NCBI GenBank assembly: GCA_015063495.1
Contig: SVUB01000002.1
Coordinates: forward strand, 1-48,206
Source: Oscillospiraceae bacterium
GTDB lineage: Bacteria; Bacillota; Clostridia; Oscillospirales; CAG-272
Direction of reading: 5' to 3'
DNA: 48,206 bases
The notes beneath the pieces are model-generated. The model was not told where the DNA came from. It saw only the letters and a program-made list of their open reading frames with translations, and ran no database searches. Positions 45,957 to 48,206 of the stretch are shown one piece after another. Positions within the stretch are counted from its first letter, which is position 1, and every line of letters starts with the position of its first letter. Both the position numbers and the translations under genes were made by a program.

Positions 45957-47387
45957 TTATTTTGATCTTATTTTTGTCGGGATCCACTCGGCTTCATAAA
46001 CGTTTCCGCCGGTATGGAAGTATTTATACGTTATTGAGTAAAGAGAGTCGTCGCTTATTTTGTCCTTCATAATGCTTATCGTCCACTCGGGCGCTATCGA
46101 TCTTTGAATATCGCCTCGTATGGTAGTTACGCTTACAGGAAATATTTCGACAGAGGTTATTTTAAGCGATGTCATCTCTATTCTGAGCGCGGGGCTGTCA
46201 GAAGATATAGGGATATTGTCATAAAAATATCCGTATTCAAGGACGAGCTTATCGCTTTTTCTGTAGAGCCCGGTTATTATTGTATCTGCCTCTCCGCCGG
46301 GGAGAGAATAATCGTAATTTACCGATGATATTTTGCTCACAAGAGATTCAGCTATAGAAAGACACTCATACAGGGTATGCTCATTGCCCGCATCCTTGTC
46401 AGAATACTCACTCAGCTCTATTCCACCACCTGCGCTTTGATTGGTTGAATAGGTTATTTTGTTGTCACAAACAGAGAGAACACCGTGGGTTGCCATGTAT
46501 ACGGTGCCGCCTATGGCCTGGTCAAAATAACTTCCTGTTTTGTCGGGATTTATATTAAGGAGATTGGCTATCTCTGCCTGTGCTGCTTTGTCTGTGGAGA
46601 GTCCCTTTGCACCGTTCATAACCTTTATTTTATTTGCATTCTGCGGAGCTGTATAAATAAGAGTTGACGGGAGAAAATGTGAATTATCCTCTGTTCCGTA
46701 AAAATCAGACAAAGCAAAGGCGGTAGCCCTCTGGTAGATATCAAAATCGGAGGTATATACTAAGGCTTCGTTACTTACCTTTTCGATTTTAAAGGTGGTC
46801 ACCTCTCCCGAAATGGAACGTGACATTGCAAAAACCTTATCCTTTTCGGTGACCTCGGGGAATATGAGCAGCTCCTTCACCGTAACAGAGGAAGTTTTAT
46901 TTCCGCATGGTGATGAGCTTACATCCAAGTCAAAATTATCCCCGAGAGCGTGCATGTATATAAGTACTGCAGGAAGCTCCTTGTGGTAATTCAGATAAAT
47001 GAAATCATCTGACGAAAGGGCACGGTCAAAAGCTTCGGAGTCCTCTTCGTAAGCCCCCGAGCAGCTACCTGAGAGCATATATACGATGTTCCTTTCAAGC
47101 AGGGAATACACTTCGTGCATAAAATCACTGCCTGATGTGATGGAAAACAGCTTTGCCCCCTTTGCCTTTACTGCTACCGATGATGGGATAAGTGCTTTTT
47201 CATAAAGCTCATCGTAGTCGCCCTCAATATCCGCATTAAGTCTTACACTATCGCTTAGTCCCGGAGCTTCAGCATTCTTTTGACGCAGTATTTCGAAGTG
47301 CATAAAGACCATGATGAGAATTGATATAAAAAGCAGGGCTATAAGGGCTGTTTTTATATAGTCAACAGTTTTACTCTGTCTTTTCAT
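45957..47387 (-). CDS. yycH: YycH-like regulatory protein of the WalK kinase
   Basis: A single N-terminal TM (IKTALIALLFISILIMVF). Its size of 476 aa and its position directly after the kinase gene match YycH. Confidence 0.55.
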   Translation of the reverse strand: MKRQSKTVDYIKTALIALLFISILIMVFMHFEILRQKNAEAPGLSDSVRLNADIEGDYDELYEKALIPSSVAVKAKGAKLFSITSGSDFMHEVYSLLERNIVYMLSGSCSGAYEEDSEAFDRALSSDDFIYLNYHKELPAVLIYMHALGDNFDLDVSSSPCGNKTSSVTVKELLIFPEVTEKDKVFAMSRSISGEVTTFKIEKVSNEALVYTSDFDIYQRATAFALSDFYGTEDNSHFLPSTLIYTAPQNANKIKVMNGAKGLSTDKAAQAEIANLLNINPDKTGSYFDQAIGGTVYMATHGVLSVCDNKITYSTNQSAGGGIELSEYSDKDAGNEHTLYECLSIAESLVSKISSVNYDYSLPGGEADTIITGLYRKSDKLVLEYGYFYDNIPISSDSPALRIEMTSLKITSVEIFPVSVTTIRGDIQRSIAPEWTISIMKDKISDDSLYSITYKYFHTGGNVYEAEWIPTKIRSK

Positions 47388-47420
47388 CTGTTATGCTTCC
47401 TGTTCTTTTAGGTGTTTAGA

Positions 47421-48206
47421 TTAATTTTCGGTCGCACTGTCCGATTCGAGCTTGGTTCTTACGGGAAGTGTGATATCTACGATAGTTCCCACATTAAGCT
47501 TACTCTGTATCTTTATAGTACCGCCGTGAGCCTCAATAAGCTCTTTGGCGATAGCAAGTCCCAGACCTGTGCCGCCCGTGTCGCTTGTGCGAGCTTTTTC
47601 AACACGATAGAAGCGCTCAAAGATTCTGGGAAGGTCTTTTTCGGGTATTCCGAGACCGTTATCCATTATCTTAACAAGCACGTTATCCTTATCCGCCATA
47701 GAGCTTCCGACAACTATTGTACCGCCGTCTGGAGTATATTTTATAGCGTTTGAAATTATGTTTACGATTACCTGATCTATTCTGTTTTTATCTGCCGTTA
47801 TGCGGGGCAGAGTGTCGTCTGCCTGTAGCACGAGCTTGTGGTCGTGCGTTGCGGCGTCAACGTTCATAACCTCGCAAAGGTGACGCAGGGAATCGTTTAT
47901 ATCGTATTCAACTATCTCCCACTTGGTTCTCTTGTTGTCAAGTCTTGAGAGTGTGAGCAGGTCCTTAACAATGCCCGTCATACGGTTGCTCTCGCTTACC
48001 GTCATCTGGAGGAGCTTTGTACGTATCTCGTCGGGAAGCTCAGGGTGCTCAAGCACTGTCTCACATGCGCCTTTTATAGAGGTGAGAGGCGTGCGAAGCT
48101 CGTGGGATACGTTTGCAACGAATTCGCGTCTTGCTTTTTCAAGCTCATAGCGTGAGGTGACGTCGTGGATAACGGTTATAACGCCGTCTCTCATCTCGCC
48201 GCCCTC
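47421..48206 (-). CDS. walK: WalK-like sensor histidine kinase, C-terminal part (partial, continues beyond the window)
   Basis: PAS end, then H-box FVANVSHELRTPLTSI, and the N, G1 and G2 boxes (NAIKYTP, DNGLGI, GTGLGL). The ORF remains open at 48206. Confidence 0.75.
   Translation of the reverse strand, partial: EGGEMRDGVITVIHDVTSRYELEKARREFVANVSHELRTPLTSIKGACETVLEHPELPDEIRTKLLQMTVSESNRMTGIVKDLLTLSRLDNKRTKWEIVEYDINDSLRHLCEVMNVDAATHDHKLVLQADDTLPRITADKNRIDQVIVNIISNAIKYTPDGGTIVVGSSMADKDNVLVKIMDNGLGIPEKDLPRIFERFYRVEKARTSDTGGTGLGLAIAKELIEAHGGTIKIQSKLNVGTIVDITLPVRTKLESDSATEN

Overview
48.2-kb, gene-dense chromosomal window from what looks like a spore-forming Firmicute, probably Clostridia-like. 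The evidence for that is strong GGAGG-type ribosome binding sites, many TTGACA-17-TATAAT promoters, a CIRCE element upstream of groES, and CwlD-like and SleB-like genes. I support about 42 CDS.

**Housekeeping genes:** prfB, rqcH, tcdA, groES-groEL, murA and a pgsA-like gene.

**Metabolic and transport genes:**
- an rhaBAD operon with a divergent AraC regulator
- an arsR / HMA-protein / P1B-ATPase metal-efflux operon
- thiT behind a TPP riboswitch
- AGCS, MFS, EamA, CPA2/MgtC and ABC exporter genes

**Signalling genes:** an OmpR/HK pair, and the 3' part of a WalK-like kinase followed by YycH-like and YycI-like genes.

**Cell-envelope block on the minus strand (13.9-23.0 kb):** a degenerate LytM protein, a CwlD-like amidase, a 1063-aa anchored surface protein, and an ECF-like sigma factor with an 856-aa LRR anti-sigma-like protein.

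I saw no tRNA or rRNA genes, CRISPR arrays, transposases, integrases or recognisable defence genes. Every gap larger than 90 nt is accounted for by promoters, terminators or leaders.

**Best candidate for an undescribed system (25.96-28.6 kb, minus strand):**
- It is a tightly coupled operon.
- A DUF5685-like protein carries two Asp-rich motifs resembling the squalene/phytoene-synthase signature, plus a CxxC...CxxH site.
- It is translationally coupled to a J-domain protein whose C-terminus has 9 Cys in 25 residues and ends in CC.
- Two small polytopic membrane proteins follow, one of them VanZ-like.

**Other points worth a second look:**
- an orphan Na+-decarboxylase beta subunit with an untracked 42-aa OadG-like micropeptide
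- an RF2 with SPY instead of SPF and no +1 frameshift site
- the catalytically dead LytM protein next to the amidase

All functional calls rest on motif recognition by eye. No searches were run.
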